From positions 32,001 to 96,000 of the forward strand of contig CAVXYC010000029.1 in assembly GCA_963765765.1 (NCBI GenBank): 64,000 bases of DNA, written 5' to 3'. A program made the position numbers and the translations under genes. The notes under the pieces were generated by a model. It was given only the letters and a program-made list of their open reading frames with translations, did no database searches and had not been told where the DNA came from. Shown piece after piece: positions 9,073-20,200 of the stretch (position 1 is the first letter of the stretch; the number at the start of each line of letters is the position of its first letter). The stretch comes from an uncultured Chloroflexia bacterium. Lineage in GTDB: Bacteria; Chloroflexota; UBA6077; JACCZL01.

Positions 9073-10029
9073 ATGGTGACTAGCGAAATTGAGTGCTTCT
9101 TCGAGTATCTGCAGGGCGAGCGGCAATTAGCTCCCAATACCCTGGCGGCGTACCGAAACGACCTATCGCAATTCACCGAGTACTTGGAAACTCCAAGAGC
9201 CGGGCAGTTCCTGAATTCGACCAATGGAACACCGGCCAGCGAGACTCAGCCATCGGCAGTGTCGCAGGCGGCAGTGTTCGATTTTTTCAGCTATTTGCGT
9301 GACGAGCGACGATATTCGGCCGCTACGATCGCCCGAAAGATGGCGGCGGTGAAATCGCTCTATCAGTTCTTAGTACGGGATGGAAAAGTGGGCCGCAGCC
9401 CTGTAGCCGATTTGGGTGCCCCTGAGGTCAAGAAAGCGCTCCCGCGAGCCCTATCCCTGGAAGACGTCTCCAATCTCATGCTGCAGGTCGAGAAGCGGCA
9501 TACGCCCGAGGGGCTCAGGGATTGCGCGATGCTGCGGGTGCTCTACGCGACGGGAATGCGGGTTACGGAGATGGTCTCTCTCGATCTGTGCGACCTGAAT
9601 CTCGAGGAGAGCACCGTCCTGTGTACGGGGCGTGGCAAGCGCAAGCGCACACTGCCACTTGACGAGGACACGACTTACTCGCTGAAGCAGTACACCGTGG
9701 CGGGACGAGGTCAGCTCAGTCGGGCACTAGACAACCAAGCGCTGTTTCTCAATCATCGAGGTCAGCGACTCACCCGACAGGGCTTCTGGCTCATCATGAA
9801 GGGCTTCGCGCGAGATGCGGGTCTATCGACGCTGGTTACACCGCACACGCTGCGACATTCATTTGCCGCGCATCGACTCAACGACGGCATATCGTTGCCG
9901 CATCTGCGATATCTGCTTGGCCACGCAAACCTGTCCACCACCCAGATTTATCAGCAGCTACGCGACCAGCAGCCGGTGCGAGAGCCTCAGACGCAGCTAG
10001 AACCCATTGCCGCCGGCAGCGGCCGGTAG
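9073..10029 (+). CDS. xerD: site-specific tyrosine recombinase XerD-type
   Basis: NTLAAYRNDL, LYATGMRVTE, RLTRQGFW, TPHTLRHSFA, LLGHA, TTQIY give the complete R-K-H-R-H-Y set. AAGGAG RBS at 9065-9070. Confidence 0.85.
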   Translation: MVTSEIECFFEYLQGERQLAPNTLAAYRNDLSQFTEYLETPRAGQFLNSTNGTPASETQPSAVSQAAVFDFFSYLRDERRYSAATIARKMAAVKSLYQFLVRDGKVGRSPVADLGAPEVKKALPRALSLEDVSNLMLQVEKRHTPEGLRDCAMLRVLYATGMRVTEMVSLDLCDLNLEESTVLCTGRGKRKRTLPLDEDTTYSLKQYTVAGRGQLSRALDNQALFLNHRGQRLTRQGFWLIMKGFARDAGLSTLVTPHTLRHSFAAHRLNDGISLPHLRYLLGHANLSTTQIYQQLRDQQPVREPQTQLEPIAAGSGR

Positions 10030-10123
10030 GCAACTCCGGGATCGCCCTTTCGTTTCCATATGTGGGAGCCCCGGTCGGCAGCGATGTCGGGCCGGATGCC
10101 CATCACTCGGCCTGGTCCCACAC

Positions 10124-11980
10124 ATGATCTTCTCGCGAATACTTGGCTCGCTCATCCAGTCTCGCCGGTTCAAAAGATGGTGTGCTGGTGTCTCATTGTC
10201 GGCTGCGCTCACGATGCTCGGATCGAGTGTCGCACCTGGCGCAACGGCTGTCGGGCCCACCGATGATCTCCCGGCCCGCGATCCCATATCACTGGCGCAT
10301 AGGTTTCTCGGAGTCACCTCGAACCTAGAAGTATCACCAGCGCCGCCGATCTCGGTTGGGGATCATCGCTCATTTCAGGTCTTGAACCAAGTCACGTCGC
10401 GATACGAAACGGTCGAGGCGACGCTTGTTTATGCATCCCCACACGCCTATTGGTGGCTGCAAGACGGGTTTAGCGTTGAGCAAGCGGCGTTTGAACGATC
10501 GGCCGAGGTGTTCGAAACGAAGGCATTCGGAGTTCTCCAGATGCTCTATGGCTCCGTGACACTTCCAAGTATCGGAGCGGACAGTAAGATCCACGTGCTG
10601 AACTCCAGAATTCATGGAGTTTCTGGATATTTCTCGTCGGTGGACGCTCTCCCACGGGCAATCCATCCCTACTCCAACGAAGCCGCGATGATCGTGATCA
10701 ACTTGGATTCGTTCAAGCCCGGGCAATCGGCCTACGATGAGACGCTTGGACACGAGCTTCAGCACATTCTCCAGTGGACGACAAATCCTTCCAATGAGGG
10801 CTGGTTCGATGAGGGCATGTCGGAGGTCGTTGCCTCAGCGGTGCGAGGTAGCGCGACTCGCGGCGGCACCTTCGCCCGCCGCCCGGACCGTCCCCTTCTG
10901 GCCTGGAGTGACGATCCGAGCGCATTCGCTGGTCAATATGACGGGTCGTTTCTCATTGCCCAGTATGTTGCCGACCGATTCGGGCTGGATGCTCTCGGAG
11001 CAATCGTCCGCGCCGGACGTGCTCCATCGTCGATAGAGCGTTTCCTGATTCAGAAGGGTGAGGGGGAGCGCTTCGACGAGCTCTTTGGAGACTGGCTGGT
11101 GGCCAACGTTGGCGATCCGCAACGAGTTGAGCGACCCGCCGCGTATCGCTACTCCCAGGTGGATCCAGATGCGTCTACGGTCGGACAGATATCACCTAGC
11201 GGTGAGTGGTCAGATACCGTATTTCAGTATGGGACAGATTATCTCGAGATCATGCCCGGGGTAACGACGCTCGCGATTCAGGCCACCTCAGCAGTGAAGA
11301 TCGTTCCCGCTGAAGGCGCGGAAACCAACCAGGTGTGGTGGAGCAACCGCGCGGACTCGCTTGATGCCACGCTCACACGTCGGATGGACTTGCGTGGACG
11401 TTCCGCCGCTCAGCTTCGCTTTCGAACTTGGTTTGACACTGAGCCGGAATTCGATCACGGCTACGTCGCGGTATCCACGGACGAAGGAGATACCTGGCGG
11501 GCGCTGGAAGGCCTCAAGACAAAGTCCGCCAACCCTACTGGAAACGCGTATGGTCCGTCATTTACAGGTTCCAGTGGCGGGGACAGGGTACCGCGGTGGG
11601 TGGACGAGCAGATCGACCTGAGCGGCTTTGTGGGCGCCGAGATACTCGTACGATTCGAGTACATCACCGATCAGGGCACATCCCGTCAAGGGTGGATCGT
11701 GGACGACATCAGCATTGATGAATCCGTAAGCGAACAGGATCAGCTGAACTGGCAAGCAGCGGGATTCGTACGCACGCCGCTCAGTGTGCCATCCCGCATG
11801 CTCGTACAGCTCATCAGTGGTACCGGCGCAACAACCAGCGTCGCTCGATACTGGATCGATTCTGGAGTGACGACTACCGTGCCAATTAGCCCAGTGGGTG
11901 GCCGCACGATCGTTTCAGTAAGTGGAGTAACACCCATGACCATGGAGCCAATGGAGTATTCGGTGAGGGCGGTGCAGTAA
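10124..11980 (+). CDS. secreted zinc metallopeptidase, immune inhibitor A (M6/M30)-like
   Basis: Signal-like hydrophobic stretch, HELQH (HExxH) followed by WFDEGMSE, C-terminal beta domain WFDTE..FDHGYV...DLSGF.G..ILVRFEYITD...GW.VDDI. Start uncertain. Confidence 0.75.
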   Translation: MIFSRILGSLIQSRRFKRWCAGVSLSAALTMLGSSVAPGATAVGPTDDLPARDPISLAHRFLGVTSNLEVSPAPPISVGDHRSFQVLNQVTSRYETVEATLVYASPHAYWWLQDGFSVEQAAFERSAEVFETKAFGVLQMLYGSVTLPSIGADSKIHVLNSRIHGVSGYFSSVDALPRAIHPYSNEAAMIVINLDSFKPGQSAYDETLGHELQHILQWTTNPSNEGWFDEGMSEVVASAVRGSATRGGTFARRPDRPLLAWSDDPSAFAGQYDGSFLIAQYVADRFGLDALGAIVRAGRAPSSIERFLIQKGEGERFDELFGDWLVANVGDPQRVERPAAYRYSQVDPDASTVGQISPSGEWSDTVFQYGTDYLEIMPGVTTLAIQATSAVKIVPAEGAETNQVWWSNRADSLDATLTRRMDLRGRSAAQLRFRTWFDTEPEFDHGYVAVSTDEGDTWRALEGLKTKSANPTGNAYGPSFTGSSGGDRVPRWVDEQIDLSGFVGAEILVRFEYITDQGTSRQGWIVDDISIDESVSEQDQLNWQAAGFVRTPLSVPSRMLVQLISGTGATTSVARYWIDSGVTTTVPISPVGGRTIVSVSGVTPMTMEPMEYSVRAVQ

Positions 11981-12139
11981 GAGCGCACTTGGGCTCCTGC
12001 GTCAAGCTTGTCCCAGATGGAGAGAACGGCGTTCCACCCACTCTGAATAGCGCACTTTCACTCTGGAGGGTGGGTGGGGTGCCTTTAGCGCGAACTTCGA
12101 AGCTACCGTGCACCTATGCTGAATAAGCGGATCTCGCGC

Positions 12140-12169
12140 TTGTCCGCTCGCTCGCCCGGCTCGTATACT
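12140..12169 (+). promoter_or_regulatory. sigma70-type promoter of tRNA-Pro
   Basis: TTGTCC (12140-12145), 18-nt spacer, TATACT (12164-12169), 22 nt before the tRNA. Confidence 0.65.
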
Positions 12170-12191
12170 GAAGTCCACCGGGACAGGTTGA

Positions 12192-12269
12192 CGGGGTGTA
12201 GCGCAGCCCGGTTAGCGCGCATCGTTCGGGACGATGAGGTCGGCGGTTCGAATCCGCCCACCCCGACCA
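12192..12269 (+). tRNA. tRNA-Pro (anticodon CGG)
   Basis: CGGGGTG/CACCCCG acceptor stem, anticodon arm CATCG-TTCGGGA-CGATG, T-arm GGTTCGAATCC, encoded CCA end. Confidence 0.97.
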
Positions 12270-12299
12270 GCAACAATAGACCTGCGTAAGGGCGACCGA

Positions 12300-13349
12300 T
12301 TACCGGTCGCTTTTTTCGTGCCCGTTGAGCGAGGCGCGCTCGATGTTCTTAGCTTCGGACCACAATGACTGCAGCTCGGCGCTATCGGCATCCTGAACAG
12401 TGGATCCTCGGCTCAGTAAGCATTCTTCCACATGTCGGAAACGCGATTGGACCCTGCCGATAGCCGCTGCCAGTGCTGCCTCAGCATCGACACCATGATC
12501 AAGTCCGATGCGCGCGGCCATGAACAGTACGTCACCAAGCTCGTGCTCCACGTCTTGCGCGGTCGATGCTTCGCGTAACTCCGCTAGCTCTTCCTCGAAC
12601 TTGCCCCTCGCTCCACCCTCAGCCCAGTCGAAGCCAACTGACTGAGCTCGACGTTGTACGGCTTGAGCGGCCATGAGCGAGGGAAGCCCTTTTCCCACAC
12701 CATCGAGAGATGCCTTGCGAGCGTTCGGTTTCTCGGAGTTCTTGATCCGATCCCAATTCACCAGAACTTGATCGGAGGATTCGGCCATGACGTCGCCAAA
12801 GACGTGTGGGTGACGCCTGACCAGCTTGTCGGTTAATGCCTCGAGCACGTCTGCAAAATTAAACTTGCCGGTCTCGTTTGCAATCTCTGATTGCAGCAAT
12901 ACCTGGAGAAGCACATCTCCAAGCTCATCGGCGATCTCGGACGGAGAACCCTGACGAATTGCTTCGGCAGCTTCATAGGCCTCCTCCAGGACAAACCGAA
13001 TCAACGTCTCGGGCGTCTGTTCACGGTCCCACGGGCATCCGCCGGGGCCGCGCAAGCGGGCAACGATGGCGCGGGCTCCGGCAATGCTTCTGCGCGCCGC
13101 GTCAGGCGCGAGCGGGGTGACGCGAATCTCCTTGAGCGGCCCCGAAGTCAGTAGATCCGCAACGGTACCGACAGTTTCTTTTCCATCTGGGCTGACGAGC
13201 ATAAGCTCGTCGGTATCTCTCAGACTCTGGCGGAGCGCAGAATATGAGCGCTTACGCCGATTATCGGACTCGAGATCCCGCACGAGCAGCGTGACGGTCG
13301 GATCAAAATAGTACGGTTCATCCGGATCGAGGACCTGGTAACTGCTCAT
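12300..13349 (-). CDS. mazG: nucleoside triphosphate pyrophosphohydrolase MazG
   Basis: LRGPGGCPWDREQT, EEAYE, ELGDVLLQV, KLVRRHPHVFG and a second domain GFDW...ELGDVLF. Confidence 0.93.
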   Translation of the reverse strand: MSSYQVLDPDEPYYFDPTVTLLVRDLESDNRRKRSYSALRQSLRDTDELMLVSPDGKETVGTVADLLTSGPLKEIRVTPLAPDAARRSIAGARAIVARLRGPGGCPWDREQTPETLIRFVLEEAYEAAEAIRQGSPSEIADELGDVLLQVLLQSEIANETGKFNFADVLEALTDKLVRRHPHVFGDVMAESSDQVLVNWDRIKNSEKPNARKASLDGVGKGLPSLMAAQAVQRRAQSVGFDWAEGGARGKFEEELAELREASTAQDVEHELGDVLFMAARIGLDHGVDAEAALAAAIGRVQSRFRHVEECLLSRGSTVQDADSAELQSLWSEAKNIERASLNGHEKSDR

Positions 13350-13371
13350 GCAGTCTCGATGCTATGCGGCG

Positions 13372-13590
13372 TCAGTGGCCGCAGGCGCAGCCCCCGCCGC
13401 AGCATCCTCCTCCGCCGCCCGCCATGGGCAGGCCCACACTCTTCTCCGAGCCGACTGTGGCAAACGTCGAGAACTGTCGTGAGACTTCGCCGGCGCAGGT
13501 GGGGCAAATCGGTGCTGGCGAGCTAGAGGATCGAACCAGAACTTCGAACCGTTCCTCGCATTGCTTGCAGGTATACTCGTACATCGGCAT
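13372..13590 (-). CDS. FmdB-family zinc-ribbon protein with Gly/Cys-rich tail
   Basis: MPMYEYTCKQC...FE...CPTC signature and C-terminal GGGGGCCGGGCACGH. Confidence 0.88.
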   Translation of the reverse strand: MPMYEYTCKQCEERFEVLVRSSSSPAPICPTCAGEVSRQFSTFATVGSEKSVGLPMAGGGGGCCGGGCACGH

Positions 13591-13683
13591 GGTTCGCGCT
13601 CCATGGATTCGCAGGTGAGAATGCACTCAAATTCTAAGAGCGAGCAGCCTGCCTGGCAACCCCCACGCACATAGGGTTCACTA

Positions 13684-15121
13684 ATGCGAGAGCTCACCCA
13701 ACGGGCAATTGATACTGCCACGCAAGCCGGCGCGAGCTATGCCGACATCAGGATTGAGCACCGACAGCGACAGGTCGTAAGCGTCAAGAACGGGAACCTC
13801 GACGCTGTTAGCGACGACCGCACACAGGGATTCGGCGTGCGCGCCCTTGTGAATGGTGCGTGGGGCTTTGCTAGCTCCTCGCGATTGGAGCCGTCCGAGG
13901 TGGATCGGGTGGCTCGGCTCGCCGTGGACATCGCACGTGCGAGCGGGCTTGCGTCTCGCCACCCGATCGATCTTGGGCTGCCTGTGAAATCCATCGGGAT
14001 ATACCGAACAGCGGTCGTTCGTGACCCATTCACGGTATCGCTCGATGAGAAGCTTGCCCTCCTACAGCAGGCCGACTCGGCCATGCGACGAGCCCCTGGA
14101 ATTGCATTCGCGGAATCCTCGCTGGACTGCCTTCGAATTGAGAAGGTCTTCGCAAGCAGTGAAGGCTCATATGTCGAGCAGACGCTGGTGGAGACTGGTG
14201 GCGGAATTGAAGCTACGGCAATCAACGAAAACGACCTACAGAAGCGATCCTATCCCAATAGCTTCGGTCGCCAGCAGGGCACCAGCCGGATTTGAGATCA
14301 TCGAAGCAATGGATCTGCCCGGAAATGGCGAGCGGATCGCTGATGAAGCCGTTCAACTCCTAACCGCGGCTCCGTGTCCCGAAGGTCGCATGACCATCGT
14401 TCTGGATGCTACGCAGACGGCTCTACAGGTTCACGAATCTTGCGGTCATGCCATTGAGCTCGACCGCGTATTTGGCATGGAGGCCAGTTACGCGGGGACC
14501 AGCTTCTTGACGACGGACAAATGGCCTGGATTCAAGTACGGCTCGGAGCACGTCAACATCGTCGCGGATGCGACTGTACCCGGGGCGCTGGGCACGTTCG
14601 GTTTCGATGACGAGGGCGTCCCGGCGCAACGTACGAACATCGTTGACCATGGTGAGTTCAAGAACTACATCACGTCTCGCGAGACAGCCTCCAGAATCGG
14701 TCAGTCAAGCAACGGAACCATGCGGGCCTCCGGATGGAATCGGATCCCGCTCATCCGGATGACGAATATCAATCTGGAACCGGGCGAGTGGTCGTTTGCA
14801 GACCTCATCGCGGATACGGACGACGGTATCTACCTGCAGACCAATAAGAGCTGGAGCATCGACGATAAGCGACTGAATTTCCAGTTTGGTACCGAGATCG
14901 CCTGGCGAATTAGGAATGGAAAGCTTGCCGAGATGATCCGTAATCCATCCTACGCCGGCATCACTCCTGAGTTCTGGGGCTCCTGTGACGCCGTCTGTCG
15001 GGAGTGGAACGTCTGGGGCACGCCCAATTGTGGAAAGGGTCAGCCTTCGCAAACCGCGCACGTAGGCCACGGCGCGGCACCTGCGCGATTCCGCAATGTT
15101 CGAGTCGGGGTGGTGCGCTAA
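13684..15121 (+). CDS. tldD: TldD/PmbA-family metalloprotease TldD, one frameshift near 14285
   Basis: N-half YADIR...GFGVRALVNGAWGFAS in one frame. C-half LQVHESCGHAIELDR, FDDEGVP, PLIRMTNINL and CGKGQP in the next. Confidence 0.9.
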
Positions 15122-16458
15122 TGCTCGGCGAACGACAGGCGCGATCGCTGCTCGAGGGCGTGCTGTCTCGATCTCGGGCTACCGAGACTGAAGTGCTGCT
15201 GGTGGACGACGACCAGAGCTTGACTCGCTTTGCTGGATCCGAAATCCATCAGAATGTAGCCGAGACGGATTCGGAACTTCGCATTCGGGTCGTTGTCGAG
15301 AAGCGAATCGGCACGGCTTCAACACATGACCTGTCGGCATCGGCAATTGACGGTGCGCTCGACGCCGCAATGGCTGCCGCGGCCAGAGTTCCCGCGGACG
15401 AGCGATTTGTCTCGCTACCATCACCAGCTTCGATCACGCCAACCACCACATACGTCGACGCCACCGCAGAATGTTCGCCGACTTACAGAGCCGAGCGTGT
15501 GGCGCCTATCTGTCGGCTTTCAATTGAGTCCAATCTTGATGCGTCGGGGGCTTTTTCCACGGGCTCCAGTACGATAGCGATTGCCAATTCACATGGGGTG
15601 TTCGGCTACGAGCGCCGGACGGGCAGTAATCTGAAGATCGTCATGACCGGCGAAGACTCCTCAGGCTTCGCAGAGCGTACCTCCATGAACGTCGACTCTA
15701 TCGACGCTGAGGCCGCCGGCCGAGAAGCAATCGACCGCGCTATTCGGGGACGTAACCCTATTGACCCTGAACCTGGTCAGTACACGGTTGTGCTGGAGGA
15801 ATACGCCGTCGCGGAGATGCTCGATTACCTCTCGTACGTAGCCTTCGGTGGACTAGCTTACATTGAAGAACGGTCGCTCTTTGCTGGACGGATGGGCGAG
15901 CGGCTTTTCGGTGAGAACGTCACCATCGTGGACGATCCCAGGGCTGCCGATACATTGGCACGAAGTTTTGATGCTGAGGGCGTACCGTCTCAAGCCGTCA
16001 CGATCGTGGCGGACGGAGTCGCGCGAGCGGTCGTTCACGACTCATACAGTGGTGCTCTCGCAGGAACAGGCTCCACCGGCCATGGATTGCCGGCCCCAAA
16101 CACCTTCGGGGCATTTGCGGGACATCTGCGTCTTCAACCGGGTACCGCGGACCGCGATAGCCTGGCGAGGGGCATCGACCGCGGCCTATGGGTCACGCGC
16201 TTTCACTACGTCAATATCGCTGACCCCAAGCGGGCCATTCTCACCGGGATGACACGCGACGGCACGTTCTTGATTGAGAATGGACAATGCACGCGTCCGG
16301 TCCGGAATCTCAGATTCACCCAGGGCGTTCCTGAGGCGCTCAGTAGCGTTCGCGCGATCGCATCTCAGACCAAGACCATCGAGAGCTTCCTGGGGGCGGA
16401 CGTAGTCCCGGCCGTTGTGATCGATGGCTTCACCTTTACCAGTGCAACCGTTGCCTAG
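15121..16458 (+). CDS. pmbA: TldE/PmbA non-catalytic partner
   Basis: LTRFAGSEIHQNV, PGQYTVVLE, FDAEGVP, STGH, TGMTRDGTFLIENG, NLRF. The ATG overlaps the tldD stop. Confidence 0.85.
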   Translation: MLGERQARSLLEGVLSRSRATETEVLLVDDDQSLTRFAGSEIHQNVAETDSELRIRVVVEKRIGTASTHDLSASAIDGALDAAMAAAARVPADERFVSLPSPASITPTTTYVDATAECSPTYRAERVAPICRLSIESNLDASGAFSTGSSTIAIANSHGVFGYERRTGSNLKIVMTGEDSSGFAERTSMNVDSIDAEAAGREAIDRAIRGRNPIDPEPGQYTVVLEEYAVAEMLDYLSYVAFGGLAYIEERSLFAGRMGERLFGENVTIVDDPRAADTLARSFDAEGVPSQAVTIVADGVARAVVHDSYSGALAGTGSTGHGLPAPNTFGAFAGHLRLQPGTADRDSLARGIDRGLWVTRFHYVNIADPKRAILTGMTRDGTFLIENGQCTRPVRNLRFTQGVPEALSSVRAIASQTKTIESFLGADVVPAVVIDGFTFTSATVA

Positions 16459-16528
16459 TGGAATGGCGGGGACTGACGTGATTCCCTTTGGCGAGGACGA
16501 TCATACGCTTGCAATTATTGGCTGACGG

Positions 16529-17263
16529 GTGACCGCCAGCGATCCAACCGAGACTCCCCCGCTTTCAGCGCTCGAAAGACGTATCAAGGTCCGATTTCGC
16601 GATCGGGACCTGTTGCGTCTGGCGTTGAGCCACACCTCCTATCTCAATGAGCGACCAGCCGAAGCTGACGGTTCCAATGAGCGCCTCGAATTTCTCGGTG
16701 ATGCCATCGTGGGAGCCGTCATCTCGGATTGGCTATACCGCTCACACCCGGATCGGTCTGAAGGAGATCTGACGGTGATTCGCTCCACGCTTGTTCGAGA
16801 GGAGACGTTGGCGCGTTGGGCGCGGGAGATTAACCTGGGGGACTATCTACTTCTGGGACGCGGCGAGGCCTTGGGTGGTGGCCGCACGCGATCAACCCTG
16901 CTTGCGCGGGCCTTTGAAGCACTGGTGGGCGCAATCTATCTCGAAAAGGGTGACGAGGCGGTCCGCAACTTTCTCTGGCAGTTTTTCGAGGCCGAAATGG
17001 CCTCGAGATCACCGGAGAGCCCCTTGCTCGATGCTAAATCTCGCTTGCAGCACCTCAGTCAGGTACGTTTCGGTCGGGTACCGCGCTATAAGGTGGTTTC
17101 CATGGGCGGTCCTGAGCACGAGCCCGTCTTTACGTGTGAAGTGCATATCTCGCCCGAACTGACTTTTCGGGGAACGGGCCGAACCAAGCGGCTCGCCGAG
17201 CAGGACGCGGCTAATCTCGCAATCTCCTCCATTCTCGAATCTGACGACGTCGAGGATTTTTAA
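16529..17263 (+). CDS. rnc: ribonuclease III
   Basis: NERLEFLGDA signature, FEALVGAIYLE and dsRBD DAKSRLQ...GPEHEPVF...AEQDAA. Confidence 0.96.
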   Translation: MTASDPTETPPLSALERRIKVRFRDRDLLRLALSHTSYLNERPAEADGSNERLEFLGDAIVGAVISDWLYRSHPDRSEGDLTVIRSTLVREETLARWAREINLGDYLLLGRGEALGGGRTRSTLLARAFEALVGAIYLEKGDEAVRNFLWQFFEAEMASRSPESPLLDAKSRLQHLSQVRFGRVPRYKVVSMGGPEHEPVFTCEVHISPELTFRGTGRTKRLAEQDAANLAISSILESDDVEDF

Positions 17264-20200
17264 TGCAGCTTCGCCGTCTGGAAATAGTTGGATTCAAGAG
17301 CTTCGCCAATAAGTCGACATTTCTCTTCGACGGGAATGTCACGGTCCTGGCAGGACCAAATGGCAGTGGCAAGAGTAACGTCGCTGAAGCCGTTCGATGG
17401 GTCCTGGGCGAGCAGCGCCCTAGCGCTCTGAGAAGTCGCCGTGCGGATGAGGTGATCTTCCTGGGTTCCGATTCGCGTGCGCCCGTGGGTATGGCTGAAG
17501 TTTCCTCGTGATGGACAACTCCGAGGGCCGCATGGGCGTGGATTTCGGGGAAATTCGAATTACCCGCCGAATATATCGATCCGGTGAAAGTGAATATCTG
17601 CTCAACGGCAGGCGTGTCCGACTTCGTGACATCACCGAACGGATTCTTACGGTGGGGCTCGGGCCGGACAACTACACGGTCATTGGCCAGGGCGCCGTTG
17701 ACGAGCTCATTGCGCAGAAACCTGAGGAGCGCCGAATCGCGCTGGAAAATGCCGCTGATGTTCGTCGTCATCAGCTTCAGCTGAATGAGACGCGCAGCCG
17801 CCTCTCGACCACAGAAGAGAATCTGACTCGTTGCCGGGACGTCCTGGTGGAGCTCGATCCACAGGTCCGTCGCATGCGCTCCCATGCCGACCGAGCGGGC
17901 CGTGCTCGGGAAGCTCGTCAAGAGCTGCAGGTGGTAAGTCGGCGCCTCTACCGACACCAGTATCGAACGGCTCTTCAGCATCGCACAACGGCGGAGCAAC
18001 GCCGCGGCGAGACTGAGGTGGCGCTACGATTTGTGGAGGAGGAGCTGACGGCTCGCGATCTGCAATGGCGAGCACTGGAAACCGAGTCAGAATCCCTGGG
18101 ACAGGATTTGACCGAGGCCGATCGGCTCGTAAGAGACCTGCGTGGACAACGAGATGCACTGCAGAGTCAGCTACTTCGCGCTCGAGAACAAGAACTGGCT
18201 CTGGAAGCGGAGTCCCGGGCCACCAGTGAGAGTCAGGCACGGTTTGAGCGTGAGCAGTTAGACCTGGTTAGTCGGTCGGAATCGCTGGAGGCCCGTCGCC
18301 TAGAAGCTGAAGCGAATCGAGCAAACGCGCAACGTGAGCTCTCCGCCATTCAGGATGAGGAGCGGACAGCAAGTGCCGCGGCCCGATCGCGACGTGATGC
18401 TCTCGTCTCATCGAATACGCAGCTTCTTCAACTTCACTCCCAAGTCGAGCGGGAGCGGCAGAGCTTTAACCTGGCAACGCAAAAAGCTGCGGGGCTGCGG
18501 GCCGCGCATGCCGGAGTTGTGGACGAAATAGCCAGGCTGGACGAGGCAGTCGATACGGCACAGACAGCGGTTCAAGCTGCCAATACTCGATCAACTGAGG
18601 CTCGGGCCGAGCTGGAGCTGGCGGAGAGCAAGCTCACTGAGACGGAGCGCGAAGTGGCACGACTGGATGCCGAGCTACAGAAGGTGCGTACAACAATCCG
18701 CGCTGCCGAGCAGGAGCATGCCCGGCTTGAGGCGGCGCGCGCCGCGCTCGATGAGTCGCTCCAACGTCTCGTCACCGACGCGGCAGGAGAGACGTTACGC
18801 AAGGCCAGCCGCGGAGTGCTCGGTGTGCTTGGGCCCTCGCTTCGAGTACGAGACGGGTACGAGCGCCTAATCTCCGCTGCGCTTGCCGATCGCGTCGGTT
18901 ACGTTGTGATGGATACTCTCGAAGCGGCCGGTGAGCTCGCGAAAAGAGTTATGAGCGCGGACGAGCGGGCAGCACTCGTGTTGTCCGAGTTCAACGATGC
19001 GTCTATGGAGCGGTCGGTCGGTCGACTCCACCAGGTTGTGAGTCGACTTTCTTTGCCCGAAGGGGCACTCCTCGGTTTCGCGACAGACGTCGCTGAATGT
19101 GATGCTGACCTCCGAGCGGTGGTTAGGCGCTACCTGGGGTGCACCCTCATGCTCGACACCATTGAGCACGCTATCGACGTCGCTGACAATTTTGCATCAA
19201 GCGATGCGGCGAATGTCCCATGGCAGCTTGTTACTCGTGATGGTCACGTGTTGCGATGGAACGGCGAGTGGCGGAGCGGCAGCGATCAGCGACAGGTACG
19301 CCTCGTCGCTGGTCGGGCGGAGCTTGCGGCAATCGAGCAAGAGATCGCAGCATCCAGAGAGACTTCCGAACCGGAGAGGGTGCGTCTGGCTGAGCTGGAG
19401 AGCCAGCATCAGCACCAGCTAGAGCAGCGTGGTCAGTTCCGAAACAAAGCGCAGGAAACGCGCTCCTCGCTCAATCTGGCCACGGCTGAGGTCGACAAAC
19501 AGCGTCGACTTCTGGGCCTGGCGCAGCAGGCGCGGACAGCGTCCGATGCACGGCACTCGGCCGCTCAGAACCAGCTGCGAACTTTGGAAGAGTCCATTGC
19601 GACTGCTGAGTCGAGAATCGCGGAAATTGCAACGCTCTCGGCTGACCTGGAAGAGCAGCGAGCCCGGGCGCAAACCGCGGCTCAGTCCGATGAAGTACAC
19701 CTGACTGCACTACGCGCCCGAATGGCGGAGCACCAACGATTGGCCGCTGGAGCTGAGGCTCAACTTCAGTCAGTAGCCGACGAGCAGCGTCGCGAAGCGC
19801 GACTTCAAGTCGAGATACAGGAGCGGAGTCAGGCGCTGTTGGTGGTTCAATTGGGACTGCAAACCCGTGGTCAAAGGCTCATCGAATCGACCGCCGATCA
19901 TCGTAAGCGGATTGCTGAGATCGACACCGCTTTGCCCGAAGCCGATCAGCGGTTAGAGGGCTTACTTTCGACCATGAACCAGCTTGCCGGACGGCGGACG
20001 GTCCTAGGCGCGGAAATGAACGAAATCCGCGCACGAGTCAGGCAGGCTCAAACGGTTCATGATGCCGCCGGGCTGGAGCTCACACGAACGATCGAGGATC
20101 TGATCAGGCTCGAACGTGAAATCGCCGATGAGCTGGAAGACCTGGGTGATGACCGGAGTGTCCAAATGGCACTCTCGTTTGAAAACCGCACAGACAAGTC

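Noticed and set aside
9073-12269. Tyrosine recombinase near a tRNA, suggesting an integrated element
   Set aside because: The protein has XerD housekeeping signatures (LTRQGFW, PHTLRHSFA). I saw no duplicated tRNA 3' end and no phage or conjugation genes, and the flanks are core genes.
14280-17511. Programmed frameshifting in tldD or smc
   Set aside because: No slippery heptamer at the shift sites, and similar indels occur in many unrelated genes, so sequencing error is more parsimonious.
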